From Sanchytrium tribonematis (taxonomy: Eukaryota), in assembly GCA_018985235.1 (NCBI GenBank), contig JADGIG010000005.1, positions 1 through 64,000 of the forward strand: DNA of 64,000 nucleotides, given 5' to 3'. Shown here one piece after another: positions 1-9,986 of the stretch. A model generated the notes under the pieces. It was not told where the DNA came from, did not search any database, and saw only the letters and a list, made by a program, of their open reading frames with translations. The first letter of the stretch is position 1, and each line of letters opens with the position of its first letter. A program made the position numbers and the translations under genes.

Positions 1-603
1 ACAAAAAAATATAGCAGCAAATTGAATGACTGCAGTAACGATTGGAAATCCCACGATTAGCCTCCAATCTTTCAAAAGATAACCCAATAAAGATGCGACA
101 AATATTCCAAAAGTAATTGCCAGTTGGGAAAATGTTCCGAATATACCTCTATAGTTTGTAGGCGATATCTCATTAATATATACAGGAGTATTTAACAAAG
201 AAATGCCACATCCAATACCAGCAACAAGTCTTCCAACTATGAATAAACCCAAAGTATTTGTCGTACTCATGATGATAGCACCCAGAAGTATTATAATTGC
301 CGAAATCAATAATTGAGATCTTCTTCCTTTTCGAAGAAATCCTCCCAGTAATGTTCCACAAAGCCCTCCGATAGTATAAATAGCAGTTGCTAATGAGTAA
401 TAAAAGTCGCTCATCTGAATGCAATCCTTAGATTTTCTGCTTTGACATTGTAAAATTGTTTTAGGTGCATTCAATGCTGCAATGTGAAAACCAAAGTGAA
501 AACTTCCTATGCAGGCCGCCAAAACAGCAAGAATTACTCTTTTTCTGACTGACATGGAAGAGAGTGGACTCAGTCCGTTTTGAATGTTGATTGGGTCTGT
601 CAT
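1..603 (-). CDS. Sugar porter (MFS, GLUT-like) transporter, 5' part; runs off the window
   Basis: Manual translation from ATG 603: MTDPINIQ...IGSFHFGFHIAALNAP...KGRR...GRLVAGIGCG...PVYINEISPTNYRGIFGTFSQLAITFGI. These are sugar-porter signatures. Missing from the ORF track because it has no stop in the window. Confidence 0.9.
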   Translation of the reverse strand, partial: MTDPINIQNGLSPLSSMSVRKRVILAVLAACIGSFHFGFHIAALNAPKTILQCQSRKSKDCIQMSDFYYSLATAIYTIGGLCGTLLGGFLRKGRRSQLLISAIIILLGAIIMSTTNTLGLFIVGRLVAGIGCGISLLNTPVYINEISPTNYRGIFGTFSQLAITFGIFVASLLGYLLKDWRLIVGFPIVTAVIQFAAIFFC

Positions 604-872
604 TGGAGATTAATCTCCTCGAAGTCAGTTGATTGTATGACCATTAGTTTTAATATCAAACAAATTAAGAGCGTACCAATGGACACGAATCAAGTCAGGC
701 AACTCATTCTAAACTTTGATGACTCGGATTTAAACGAGAAGCAGCAACATATTGTCAGAAAAATGAAAGAGGTAAGTTTTTAAAAGATGTTAAATCATTA
801 GTCTGATAATGAAGAGATTGGATCAACCAACTGATTTTACTATTTAATGTAGTCCATGGATTCGCAATAAAT

Positions 873-1217
873 TTATTCACATTGAAAATCGTAATTCCAA
901 AAGTCGGTAGTCGAATTTGAATTCAGCTGAGTATTTTGCGGAAATGGAAGGCCAGCATTTTGTGGTACAGACGACTCCAAGGCTCGATCGTACAGCCTTT
1001 TTCTTGCCGAGTACTCAAATAATATATGGTCCATTTCGCGGCTTGAATATTGATACGTTTTGTTTTTGTTAACAATAATGACAGCAACATCTACTCCGGC
1101 AAGGCTTGACAATTCTTGTGCTTTTTTAAAAAGTCCCTTTTTTCTCTTTGACAGACTTACCTGTCGCTTCCTTTCGTCATCTATTTTCTGGGAGGAATCT
1201 ATTTTATTTCTTCCCAT
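873..1217 (-). CDS. MADS-box (SRF/MEF2-type) transcription factor
   Basis: MGRNKI...DERKRQVSLSKRKKGLFKKAQELSSLAGVDVAVII MADS domain. Confidence 0.92.
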   Translation of the reverse strand: MGRNKIDSSQKIDDERKRQVSLSKRKKGLFKKAQELSSLAGVDVAVIIVNKNKTYQYSSREMDHILFEYSARKRLYDRALESSVPQNAGLPFPQNTQLNSNSTTDFWNYDFQCE

Positions 1218-1247
1218 ATAAATTTTAAGTGTTTCAAGAATAACAGA

Positions 1248-1628
1248 CTACTGGTAATTCAAACTAACTCTCAAATCAGGATTTTTTTCAGAAGTAGGAC
1301 TGCCTGTTGAACTCCTTAATCTTTGCTGAACCAAAGGCTCTAAATTTGATAAGTAAGGGAAGACATGAATGTTTTGAGTGTGTCTATGTATGTAAATTCC
1401 ATCAGTTTTAATATACTGAACAATTAAATGGAGAATTGGATGTGGAATCTCCAAATTTAGGTAAGTAGCCATTCTTTGTAAGTCTGTAAAAAATTGATAA
1501 AGGAGAAATAATAACGCCTTATTTTCTTGATCTGTACATTTGTCATATTTTGCATAGATAGCGTGAGGATCTTTGCAATACTTCATGAACTTTCTCAACT
1601 TGCTGTTGGAGGAGGCAAAAAACTTCAT
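1248..1628 (-). CDS. Hypothetical protein
   Basis: 126-aa ATG ORF filling the gap between neighbours; no family recognised. Confidence 0.55.
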   Translation of the reverse strand: MKFFASSNSKLRKFMKYCKDPHAIYAKYDKCTDQENKALLFLLYQFFTDLQRMATYLNLEIPHPILHLIVQYIKTDGIYIHRHTQNIHVFPYLSNLEPLVQQRLRSSTGSPTSEKNPDLRVSLNYQ

Positions 1629-1687
1629 GGAGAACTTTGATCAAAATTGGATATGAATCAACTTAATGCGTTCTTGTCCAATCAGAC

Positions 1688-2893
1688 ATGGAGAAGTATC
1701 ATTCTCCGCTGGAAGTTGTCCAAATACAAGAAGATATTCTGAAATGGTTCGCGAGCAGTAAGAGAGAAATGCCTTGGCGTACAAATGTAACTGCATATGG
1801 TACATTGGTGAGCGAGATCATGTTGCAACAGACACAAGTTGCTACTGTTATCCCATATTTTAACAAATGGATGGAAAAGTTTCCATCCATCGAGGATTTG
1901 GCTAATGCAGATGCTGATGATGTTCTTAAACTATGGAAAGGACTTGGGTATTATTCAAGGGCTACAAGGCTGATTTCAGCAGCAAAAATTATTGTTGAAA
2001 AACATGACGGGAAAATACCTAATCAGAAAGCTGACTTGTTAAAAATACCAGGAATTGGGCCGTACACTTGCGGTGCAATTTTGAGTATAGCTTTTGGCCA
2101 AAAAGAAGCACTTGTTGATGGGAATGTAATAAGAGTTTTATCTCGATTATTTGCAATACTTAAAAGAACGGAAGAGAAAATTCACATGTTTGACTGCAAA
2201 ACTGTAAATGATTTCATTTGGAAAATTGCTGCACAGCTCGTACCAGAAAAAGACCCTGGTTATTTTAACGAGTCCTTGATGGAACTTGGTTCTGAAATAT
2301 GCACCCCGAAATCGCCAAAGTGTTCTAAATGCCCTATTCAATCACACTGTATGACTAGAAATTATATCAAAAAAAGAGATGCTAACAAAGCAAATGCTTT
2401 TTTTAAGAGGCAAGAAAAAGGAGCTCTCTCAATACATGGCGACAATACTAACTGTGAACTTTGCGATATTGAGGATTTAAATATTTTGACTATAGAAGAT
2501 ATTCCATTACCGAAAATTAGAGCTGACAAAAAAATTAAAAGCAATTGTGTGTTGTATATTAAGAATGACAATGGGGAGGTTCTTATTCAAAAGCGGAAAA
2601 GCAAGGGCTTGCTAGCAGGTTTATGGGAATTTCCTATGATAGAATACTTCACAGAAGTGGAAGCAAAAACAATTCTTCAGCCATACGAATGTGAGTTTGA
2701 ATATATTACGGACCTGACTCATATTTTTACTCATATTAGGCAAACTTTGTCTATTTACGAAATATCTTCGACGCCTGCCATTGAAAAAAAATTTCAAGGT
2801 GTTTGGTTAGACCCTAATTTGTTGTATGAAAATTCTGAGTATCCTTTATGGCAAGGGATGGTTAAAATTTTACTGAAGTGTCACAAAAAATAA
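1688..2893 (+). CDS. MUTYH: A/G-specific adenine DNA glycosylase (MutY/MUTYH)
   Basis: VSEIMLQQTQV, WKGLGYYSRA, HhH IPGIGPYT, VDGNVIRVLSR, Fe-S motif CTPKSPKCSKCPIQSHC, GLLAGLWEFP. Confidence 0.96.
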   Translation: MEKYHSPLEVVQIQEDILKWFASSKREMPWRTNVTAYGTLVSEIMLQQTQVATVIPYFNKWMEKFPSIEDLANADADDVLKLWKGLGYYSRATRLISAAKIIVEKHDGKIPNQKADLLKIPGIGPYTCGAILSIAFGQKEALVDGNVIRVLSRLFAILKRTEEKIHMFDCKTVNDFIWKIAAQLVPEKDPGYFNESLMELGSEICTPKSPKCSKCPIQSHCMTRNYIKKRDANKANAFFKRQEKGALSIHGDNTNCELCDIEDLNILTIEDIPLPKIRADKKIKSNCVLYIKNDNGEVLIQKRKSKGLLAGLWEFPMIEYFTEVEAKTILQPYECEFEYITDLTHIFTHIRQTLSIYEISSTPAIEKKFQGVWLDPNLLYENSEYPLWQGMVKILLKCHKK

Positions 2894-2901
2894 ATTGTGC
2901 A

Positions 2902-3372
2902 TCATTGAGTCTTGATCTTTTCAATAGGATTAAGATATAAAATAAAACCGAAAATATCTGCAATTAAAAGCCCAAGATGCAGCGATAAATATGGAAAGTA
3001 TTGCCAGTGAACATCCCAGTCTAGTGGAATAGCGAAGCATCCAACATACACCCCTAAAAATGGATAAAATTCTACATACGGTAAATTCTTAATTGTTGAA
3101 AGTTTGGCCTTTGACCGCAAAGTTTCGAACACAGAAGACAAAATAGCACCGAATATTAGCAAATCTATGTGTATGTAAGCTCCAAATAGCCAAAAAGTAA
3201 CGGCATGTCCCAACGTCAAATTGAGGTCAGGTATTTTGTGAAATGTTGCAATCAGCAGCGTAAATAAAAGCAATGGTGTGTGGCAGGAATACCATAGTTC
3301 TCGAGTGCACGGCATTGCCGGCTGGTAAGGTATAAGTTGATTTATCAATAGCGGGATTGAGAAAAAGTTCAT
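2902..3372 (-). CDS. PIGF: GPI anchor biosynthesis protein PIG-F/Gpi11
   Basis: Hydrophobic protein with LFGA and GCFAIPLDWDVHWQYFP (PIG-F PLDWDRxWQxWP-like motif). Confidence 0.85.
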   Translation of the reverse strand: MNFFSIPLLINQLIPYQPAMPCTRELWYSCHTPLLLFTLLIATFHKIPDLNLTLGHAVTFWLFGAYIHIDLLIFGAILSSVFETLRSKAKLSTIKNLPYVEFYPFLGVYVGCFAIPLDWDVHWQYFPYLSLHLGLLIADIFGFILYLNPIEKIKTQ

Positions 3373-3395
3373 GTTTCGTATATCATCATTTATTT

Positions 3396-4100
3396 TTAAG
3401 ATCCTAAAAGTGATTGAAGTTTGTCGAGAATATTTGGAATTTTTGCAAGTTCGACACTGGTATAGCTTAATTGCCTGGCCAAATTCATCATTTGCTGCAT
3501 GGCATTAATGCTATCTTGAATTTCCGATAAAGTGTTGAATGCTTGTCGCATTGCTTCCCTATTTAAGTAGGCAAATCCCTGCACCAGCCGAATATAGTGA
3601 TGACCAATAATCGGATATAGATATTGAATATCCAGAATCAACAAGTTAAAGCAACTAGCCACGTCGAGTTGCGAGTAATTTAAAGCAGACAGTTGAATAA
3701 ATTGTTTGCATAAATCAATTATTGGGTGGTGAATACCGTGGATAAGTGTAAAGTTTGTTACACTACGTAGTTTCAAGTATTGAATATATGCTTGAATAAA
3801 TGAATCCATCAAAGAACTCGCAATGTAAGAACTCAGTACTTTATATTGCATGCATTGAAAAGCAATTTCCTCAGTACTTCCGCTTTCCGGTATTTTTAAA
3901 AGCTTCGAATCTGATATCATCATTGAGTGAATATAAAACAAGCAATTTAAAATTCTTTCATATTTTTTGGAGTTATTCAGAATATTAGTGATGGATTGGC
4001 ACATTTGCAAAGGGTCTTGTAAATACAATTCTTTAAATTGAAATTGAGAATAAGAATTAGAGCAAAGCCTCTTTACTTGATATTGATGAATATAACTCAT
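3396..4100 (-). CDS. ANTH-domain-like protein
   Basis: Helical; ILNCLFYIHSMM, FIQAYIQYLKLR, LLILDIQYLY resemble ANTH (AP180/Sla2) helices. Confidence 0.55.
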   Translation of the reverse strand: MSYIHQYQVKRLCSNSYSQFQFKELYLQDPLQMCQSITNILNNSKKYERILNCLFYIHSMMISDSKLLKIPESGSTEEIAFQCMQYKVLSSYIASSLMDSFIQAYIQYLKLRSVTNFTLIHGIHHPIIDLCKQFIQLSALNYSQLDVASCFNLLILDIQYLYPIIGHHYIRLVQGFAYLNREAMRQAFNTLSEIQDSINAMQQMMNLARQLSYTSVELAKIPNILDKLQSLLGS

Positions 4101-4140
4101 TCTAGTGTTTCAAAAATATTGGTAAATAGTTTATTTAAAT

Positions 4141-4518
4141 TTAGTAAGTTGCAATTCCACCTAATTGCCTTAATTGGGTTTTGGTCTGCTTAAGGTTGTC
4201 TACGCTAATTAGCCTATAATTTAATTTCGTTAGTATTCGCTTTTCAATAGTATAAAGTATATGCAAATTTATATCAAGTGCATCTGATAAATATGAATTC
4301 ATCCACATTTCATCTTCCAACGTTTTAAGAGCTATCAATAAGCAGCTGGCAAATGACACCAAAGAATCATAGGATTCGACTACATCTTTTGAGCATTGAT
4401 AATAAAAGATTGCTACTAAAAATACATTTTTGTTAACTTGAAATGTTTTCTTGAAATGTATTAACTTTGATATTCTTCTTCGTTCATAATATTGTGTAAA
4501 AAATTTTGAATTCCACAA
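4141..4518 (-). CDS. PHO80/PCL-like cyclin (true start unresolved)
   Basis: ASCLLIALKTLEDEMWMNS...LHILYTIEKRILTKLNYRL cyclin-box pattern. ORF opens at TTG with an in-frame TAA just upstream. Confidence 0.65.
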   Translation of the reverse strand: MWNSKFFTQYYERRRISKLIHFKKTFQVNKNVFLVAIFYYQCSKDVVESYDSLVSFASCLLIALKTLEDEMWMNSYLSDALDINLHILYTIEKRILTKLNYRLISVDNLKQTKTQLRQLGGIATY

Positions 4519-4695
4519 GAGATACTCATTTTACGGAAAATCGGGGAAACCAGACTTTTAAACTTTTTGAGCCGTCAAATGACTGTCTAAATAGTTTTTA
4601 GACGATTTTAAATCGTCTTTGAAAAAAGGCCGATTCAATCAGAGCCAATACCAGAAAGTCTAGAAATTACACAGAAGTGGCTCTCCGTACTAAAT

Positions 4696-6184
4696 TTATT
4701 CATCAATTCCCAAGTAAAATGTATCACCACCATCCAGTTTCCTCTTTTTTTTAAAGCCTGAAGCCAGTGGAGATGCTTCACTAGCACTTTCTCTGATATC
4801 GATTCCCTTTCTAGGCGTGTAGTCGACCATTGATTGCCCTGAACATTTATGTTTTAATTCAGATTCCCAATAAAGATGAACACATTCACGAATATCATCA
4901 AGATAAATTTCGTTTTTGCAATAAATCCTCAGAAAGTAAGATTCAAATGTGATGGGATAAATTCCAGTTATATTCGCCATATTGAAATTTTCAATGGGAA
5001 TTAATTCCTCATCGCGGGTGATATAGTTAATAAATTTTAGAGGATTTTCTTTTCCTTTACCACAATTGATAGTAAACAAATCAATAATAATATTATCTTT
5101 AGGAAAATTGACATGCTCGACATAATCCAAAATAAATTGTGGATTTCGCTTGTGTTCTTTTATCAAAGACAAATAAACATCTTCTCTCAATACCTTCTGC
5201 ATGACTTTCTTATACAATTTCCTTTCATCGATTCTTTTTACAATATTTCTAGCCTCTAACAATTCAGGTGCTTTACTTCTACCGATTTCCCTTAAAATGT
5301 CATCTGTTAATCGCAAATAGTCTGTTTGAATCAATTTTTTGAAATTGTACACTTTGTCACTCAATTCCAGTATGTCAATAACCATAAGTTCAATAGCGCG
5401 GGATACTGGGTGCGTGTACAATGTTCTGTATAATCTTTGTCGGCTTTCAAACACCTCATAAATGTGGAGTTGATCTTTCTCATTAAAAGCTAGGACATAA
5501 TCCTCAGCCATCTGGGATCCAGGAATTAAACTAACAAGTGTTCCCATTTTAAATATCCGATCCACATTGAAAGTTACGGTTAAACCTAATTTAATAATAT
5601 GTACCTGCCATGTAAGAATCTCTCATCAAGTAATCAAATTTATCCACATCCAGACCCGATTTTGAATTATGAACAATGTCATTTAAAAATCTCTTGACTT
5701 GAAAATAATGAAAGTCGTCGTTTCCTACAATAAGTGCTTCTATCAAATCCAAATCAATCTTAAACTCTAATTCCATTTTGGATTCAACGGAAGAAATAAT
5801 GCGCCTAGCAATTTCAACTGATTTCTTTTCATGATCAAATATCTTTCCCAGCCTTTTCATAGCTCTCTCAAATAAATGTGAAAAAGGCCCATGTCCCACA
5901 TCATGAAGTAAAGCAGCGATCTGAATATGTACAACATCTTTATCTTCTACTACTCTCGGATGTTTTCTCTTCAATATCTTCATAAATTGAGATGCTAAAT
6001 GACAAACACCAAGAGAATGCTCAAATCTTGTATGATTGGCAGAAGGATAAACATATGAATTTACACCTACTTGCTTTAAGTATCTTAATCTTTGAAAATC
6101 TGGCGTATCTATGATTTCCCACAAGTATTTCTCTAGTTCTACTTGCTTGTGAATTGGATCAAAATAACCACGTGTTCTAGACAT
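4696..6184 (-). CDS. SAMHD1-like HD-domain dNTP triphosphohydrolase, join(5605..6184,4696..5585)
   Basis: FQRLRYLKQVG, HTRFEHSLGV, LLHDVGHGPFSHLFE, DVDKFDYLMRD. Removing the 19-nt intron gives DSYMAGLTVTFNVDRIF; spliced CDS 1470 nt. Confidence 0.93.
5586..5604 (-). other. 19-nt spliceosomal intron GTACATATTATTAAATTAG
   Basis: GT..AG; removal joins the two SAMHD1-like ORFs in frame. Confidence 0.9.
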
Positions 6185-6325
6185 GGATTTATTGTTTTAA
6201 GATTGGGGTGCACAATTTACGGCTTACCTGTATTCTTGTATCAAATATTTAAAATTTTACTACTTGTTTACGAAAAGTATTGTAAACTGAAATTGCAAAA
6301 CATCCTGAAACTAAAATAATTTTAA

Positions 6326-7591
6326 ATGAAGGTCCCTTTGAGCCCAACTGAATCATATCATTCATTTGAATCGATTCCGTGGTATTATTCTAAAAGCTTT
6401 GTTGTCAGTTGCACGTCAATGGCTTTATTTATCGACATGCTGAGTTACTCAATTATTATACCGATTTTACCGGAGATAATTACAGAAATTTACCATTTAA
6501 GCCCTGACTATCTAGGAATATTATTCGGAAGTTATGCATTTGGACTATTAATTGCAACACCAATCTTTGGAGCTTTGTCAGATTATTTTGATACCCGAAA
6601 GCCTTTTATGTTACTTGGGTTTTTCGGACTCATAGTAAGCAGCTTGTTTTTCATGTACGGCACTACTTTTGTTCATCTTCTGATAGCTAGATTTATGTCT
6701 GGCGTATGTGGAGCTAGTTCTTGGAGCATTGGACTTTCTAGTATTGCTGCGATAGCAACTGATGATCTTGGTGCCTTAATCGGATCGGTCTTGTCTTGGA
6801 ACTTTATTGGTTTTACCATAGGTCCATTAATTGGTGGTTTTATGTTCGAATTTTTTGGGTATCAATCAGTCTTCTTTTTGATAATTGCACTAAGCGTGGT
6901 CGCAATTATGCAGCGAGCTATAATAAGTGAAGAATATTTAGTGGAAAGGAAGAAACAATGGCTTATGAATCAAGATGATTTTGTCGACCAAAACGAATCT
7001 TTTGCTTCTCTGTTAACGAAGCCTAATGTAATTGTGGGATTGCTCGTTACAATATGCAACGGCTCAATACTTTCCGGTCTGGAGCCAGTGTTGCCGTTAT
7101 ATTTGAGCGATAAATTCTCATTAAATCCATCACATATCGGACTTGTATTCGTAGTTTTGGCAGTTCCAAATATTTTATTGTCTGGAAAGGTCGGATCTTT
7201 GGCTGATAAGTACCAAAATCTTCCTATTATGATCATTGGTATGATTCTAGCTAGCCTTTTTAATTTTTTAGTAGGTATTAGTACAAACTTGATATTGGAA
7301 CTCATTTTTATACTTTTACTAGGTGCAGCAAATTGTCTCAATTTAACTCCTGTAGCAGCTCTTATTGGAAGCGAAACGCAGGCTTATGGTAAAGTTTATG
7401 CGCTCTTCAATGCTGCTTGGGCTTGTGGAATGTTTGTAGGACCTAGCATTGCATCGTTTATATATGCTTCTAAAGGCTTTTCTTTTGTGATGTGTCAATT
7501 TTCTCTTATGTTTCTGTTAAGTGCTGCGTGTTGCACAATTTACCTAAGGTATTATCTCAAACCACGTAATCGCATAATAAACGACTTATAG
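6326..7591 (+). CDS. MFS transporter, SLC18/DHA1-like
   Basis: ALFIDMLSYSIIIPILP, GALSDYFDTRK, LLIARFMSG, GLEPVLPLYL; about 12 TM segments. Confidence 0.88.
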   Translation: MKVPLSPTESYHSFESIPWYYSKSFVVSCTSMALFIDMLSYSIIIPILPEIITEIYHLSPDYLGILFGSYAFGLLIATPIFGALSDYFDTRKPFMLLGFFGLIVSSLFFMYGTTFVHLLIARFMSGVCGASSWSIGLSSIAAIATDDLGALIGSVLSWNFIGFTIGPLIGGFMFEFFGYQSVFFLIIALSVVAIMQRAIISEEYLVERKKQWLMNQDDFVDQNESFASLLTKPNVIVGLLVTICNGSILSGLEPVLPLYLSDKFSLNPSHIGLVFVVLAVPNILLSGKVGSLADKYQNLPIMIIGMILASLFNFLVGISTNLILELIFILLLGAANCLNLTPVAALIGSETQAYGKVYALFNAAWACGMFVGPSIASFIYASKGFSFVMCQFSLMFLLSAACCTIYLRYYLKPRNRIINDL

Positions 7592-7608
7592 ATCGATTTC
7601 TCCTTAAA

Positions 7609-9279
7609 ATGATTGGAACAATCGATATAGCCATTTGTTCTTCTTTACTAGTTTTATTATTTTTATTTTCATTTTACAAAAAGAGTTCTAAAGCAGAATA
7701 TTTTAAGTTTAAATCGAAGTATTGGTTAATTGGGCCGTCATTAATGGCGGCCAATATTGGCGCAGAGCATTTTGTGGGTCAGATTGCTGCTGCCGCATCG
7801 ACTGGAGTAGGAGTTATTTTATATGAGTGGTACGCTGCATATTTGCTGCTATTGCTTGGATGGATTTTCGCTGTTTATTACCGCCATGTTGTGACTGTTC
7901 CAGAATATATTGAAAAGCGTTTTAATTCAACTACTAGAGTTTTGTGCGCATTTATTCAATTATTTGCAGCAACAGTTGTCAAAATCTCATCTAGCGTTTA
8001 TGCAGCTGGGATATTGTTCGAGACATTATTGCAATGGGACGCCCAAATATCAGTCGCTATAATCTTGATTTTTACCGGATTATATACAATAATAGGCGGC
8101 CTTTCGGCAGTCATGTATACAGATTTAGCTCAGCTTAGCGTTTTTCTTGTGGGAGGACTGACTGCAAGTTGTATATGCATAAATCTCTTTGGTGATTTGC
8201 CAGCTTTGTTTGACGTGTTTTACGCTACAGAAAAGGGATACCTTTTGAAGATATTTCGTGGTCTTGATGACCCAAATTACTCACCCATCGGAATGCTTTT
8301 AGGTCAAGTATTTGCTAGCATGTGGTACTGGTGCTTGGATCAAGAAATGGTTCAGAGAGCAAATAGTGGAGAAACAATTGATGACAGTCGACTCGGCACA
8401 ACCATAGCAGGATACTTAAAAGTTTTACCATATTTTATCATTATTATACCAGGGCTTGCTGCTAGAGCATTATATGAAAGTTGTCAAGCTGGCATCCCTA
8501 TTGATAAAAATGAGATCTGGTGCAACTTAAGAATGGATGATGGAGAAGTCGCAAATAAGGCCTACGCGTATCTTATGCTATATGTTTTTCCGACTGGATT
8601 GACTGGGATTATATTAGGCGGAATATTTGCAAGCATGACAGCGTCCTTAAGCGCTTGCTTTCACGCTTCAAGTACTGTTTTTAGTATTGATATATACCAA
8701 AGAATATTTCGTAGAAATTCATCTGACAGCGAATTAGTTGTAGTTGGTAGAATATTTACAATATTTATGATCATCTTGGGAATTCTTTGGACAAATGTCT
8801 TAGCAAATCAACACAATAGCATTTATTTGGTGACTCAGATGGTGATGAATCACATTTCTCCAGTTCTAACCACAATAGTAGTCTGGGGAATGGTATCTCA
8901 AAAAATAACGTCATTGGCAGCAAATATTGGCCTCATTTTTGGTGTACTTTTGGGACTTTTTCGTCTTTCTTGGCATCTATTAAACAGCGAGTTGTGCGAA
9001 GCTGCCTCTACACCTACACATTTGGGCGGCCCATTATTGGCTTGTATGCATTCCAATTATTTCGCAATTGTACTTTTCTTTGTTGTATCTGCAATTTTAT
9101 GGATCGTTTCTACATTAAAACCAGAGCAGAGCAAATTCTTCCCAAAAAACGACAATGTTGGTCTAATCTTGTTTGAAAAACGGCGCTCAAAAAGTTTTCA
9201 ATCATTCACAAAATTTGCTGGCATTTTTCTTGTTGTATTTGTTACTTCACTCATTACTTTTTTCGTTCTTAAATTTTAA
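7609..9279 (+). CDS. Sodium:solute symporter (SLC5, SGLT/SMIT-like)
   Basis: SLMAANIGAEHFVG, TVPEYIEKRF, YTIIGGLSAVMYTD, WYWCLDQEMVQR. Confidence 0.93.
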   Translation: MIGTIDIAICSSLLVLLFLFSFYKKSSKAEYFKFKSKYWLIGPSLMAANIGAEHFVGQIAAAASTGVGVILYEWYAAYLLLLLGWIFAVYYRHVVTVPEYIEKRFNSTTRVLCAFIQLFAATVVKISSSVYAAGILFETLLQWDAQISVAIILIFTGLYTIIGGLSAVMYTDLAQLSVFLVGGLTASCICINLFGDLPALFDVFYATEKGYLLKIFRGLDDPNYSPIGMLLGQVFASMWYWCLDQEMVQRANSGETIDDSRLGTTIAGYLKVLPYFIIIIPGLAARALYESCQAGIPIDKNEIWCNLRMDDGEVANKAYAYLMLYVFPTGLTGIILGGIFASMTASLSACFHASSTVFSIDIYQRIFRRNSSDSELVVVGRIFTIFMIILGILWTNVLANQHNSIYLVTQMVMNHISPVLTTIVVWGMVSQKITSLAANIGLIFGVLLGLFRLSWHLLNSELCEAASTPTHLGGPLLACMHSNYFAIVLFFVVSAILWIVSTLKPEQSKFFPKNDNVGLILFEKRRSKSFQSFTKFAGIFLVVFVTSLITFFVLKF

Positions 9280-9390
9280 TTTAAACATTAATAAATCTCA
9301 TTTAATCAATAGTCACATGAAAATATTGCGTCATCCTCTATATATAAGTATCCCTTGAAATCATTAGGAGGTTTGAACTCAATTGTTGAG

Positions 9391-9978
9391 ATGCCTGTTA
9401 AAGAATCTGTAAAAGAAACTCTTGAGTATTCCTTGTACGGCAGTTTTGATGGTGGCGATCCCCCAAAATTATTATGGACTACACTTGATCTGTACTGCAA
9501 TTCTTCGAAGGAGTTTAAATCTTACCAGGTGGAATTTGCTAATAGTTTGACTTTAGAAAATGAACATGGTTCTGATGACTGGAGATTAATTTATTTGTCG
9601 CCTCCGGAACAGAAGGATGGGTTGACTCGACGTAAACGTATTCATTCGATTGTCAAAGGTGACATAACCGAAATTGCTCATTTTTTCATTCCAACAATCG
9701 GCTCACCAGTTCGTAGTCATAGATTATATATCGGCCACATCTACACATACAAAAATACCACTATCAAGATCTACAATATTGTTGAACCACAGCAAAAATT
9801 TTACTATGGTGACTCGTTTTACCAGTTATACCTTGATGTCATGGTGGAGATAATTGGTGAAAAGGATCAAGTCTTGTATATACAACGCCTTCTCAAAGGC
9901 ATGGTTAATTTGCAATTTATTTACGATGTTAAATTAAGGGAAATTCCAGATGACGACGAAGACACAATGGAGTCGTAA
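9391..9978 (+). CDS. MED18: Mediator subunit Med18-like
   Basis: EYSLYGS...WRLIYLSPPE...GHIYTYKNTTIKIYNI pattern; first ATG at 9391. Confidence 0.6.
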   Translation: MPVKESVKETLEYSLYGSFDGGDPPKLLWTTLDLYCNSSKEFKSYQVEFANSLTLENEHGSDDWRLIYLSPPEQKDGLTRRKRIHSIVKGDITEIAHFFIPTIGSPVRSHRLYIGHIYTYKNTTIKIYNIVEPQQKFYYGDSFYQLYLDVMVEIIGEKDQVLYIQRLLKGMVNLQFIYDVKLREIPDDDEDTMES

Positions 9979-9986
9979 TAAAGCAT

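Noticed and set aside
173..424. 83-aa minus-strand ORF from the track
   Set aside because: Alternative frame within the sugar-porter CDS (603 to 1).
4530..4695. Assignment as RNase P/MRP RNA, U2/U5 snRNA or TPP riboswitch
   Set aside because: Only fragmentary resemblance (ACAGAAGTGGCT, TCGGCCTTTT); spacing and core motifs do not fit.
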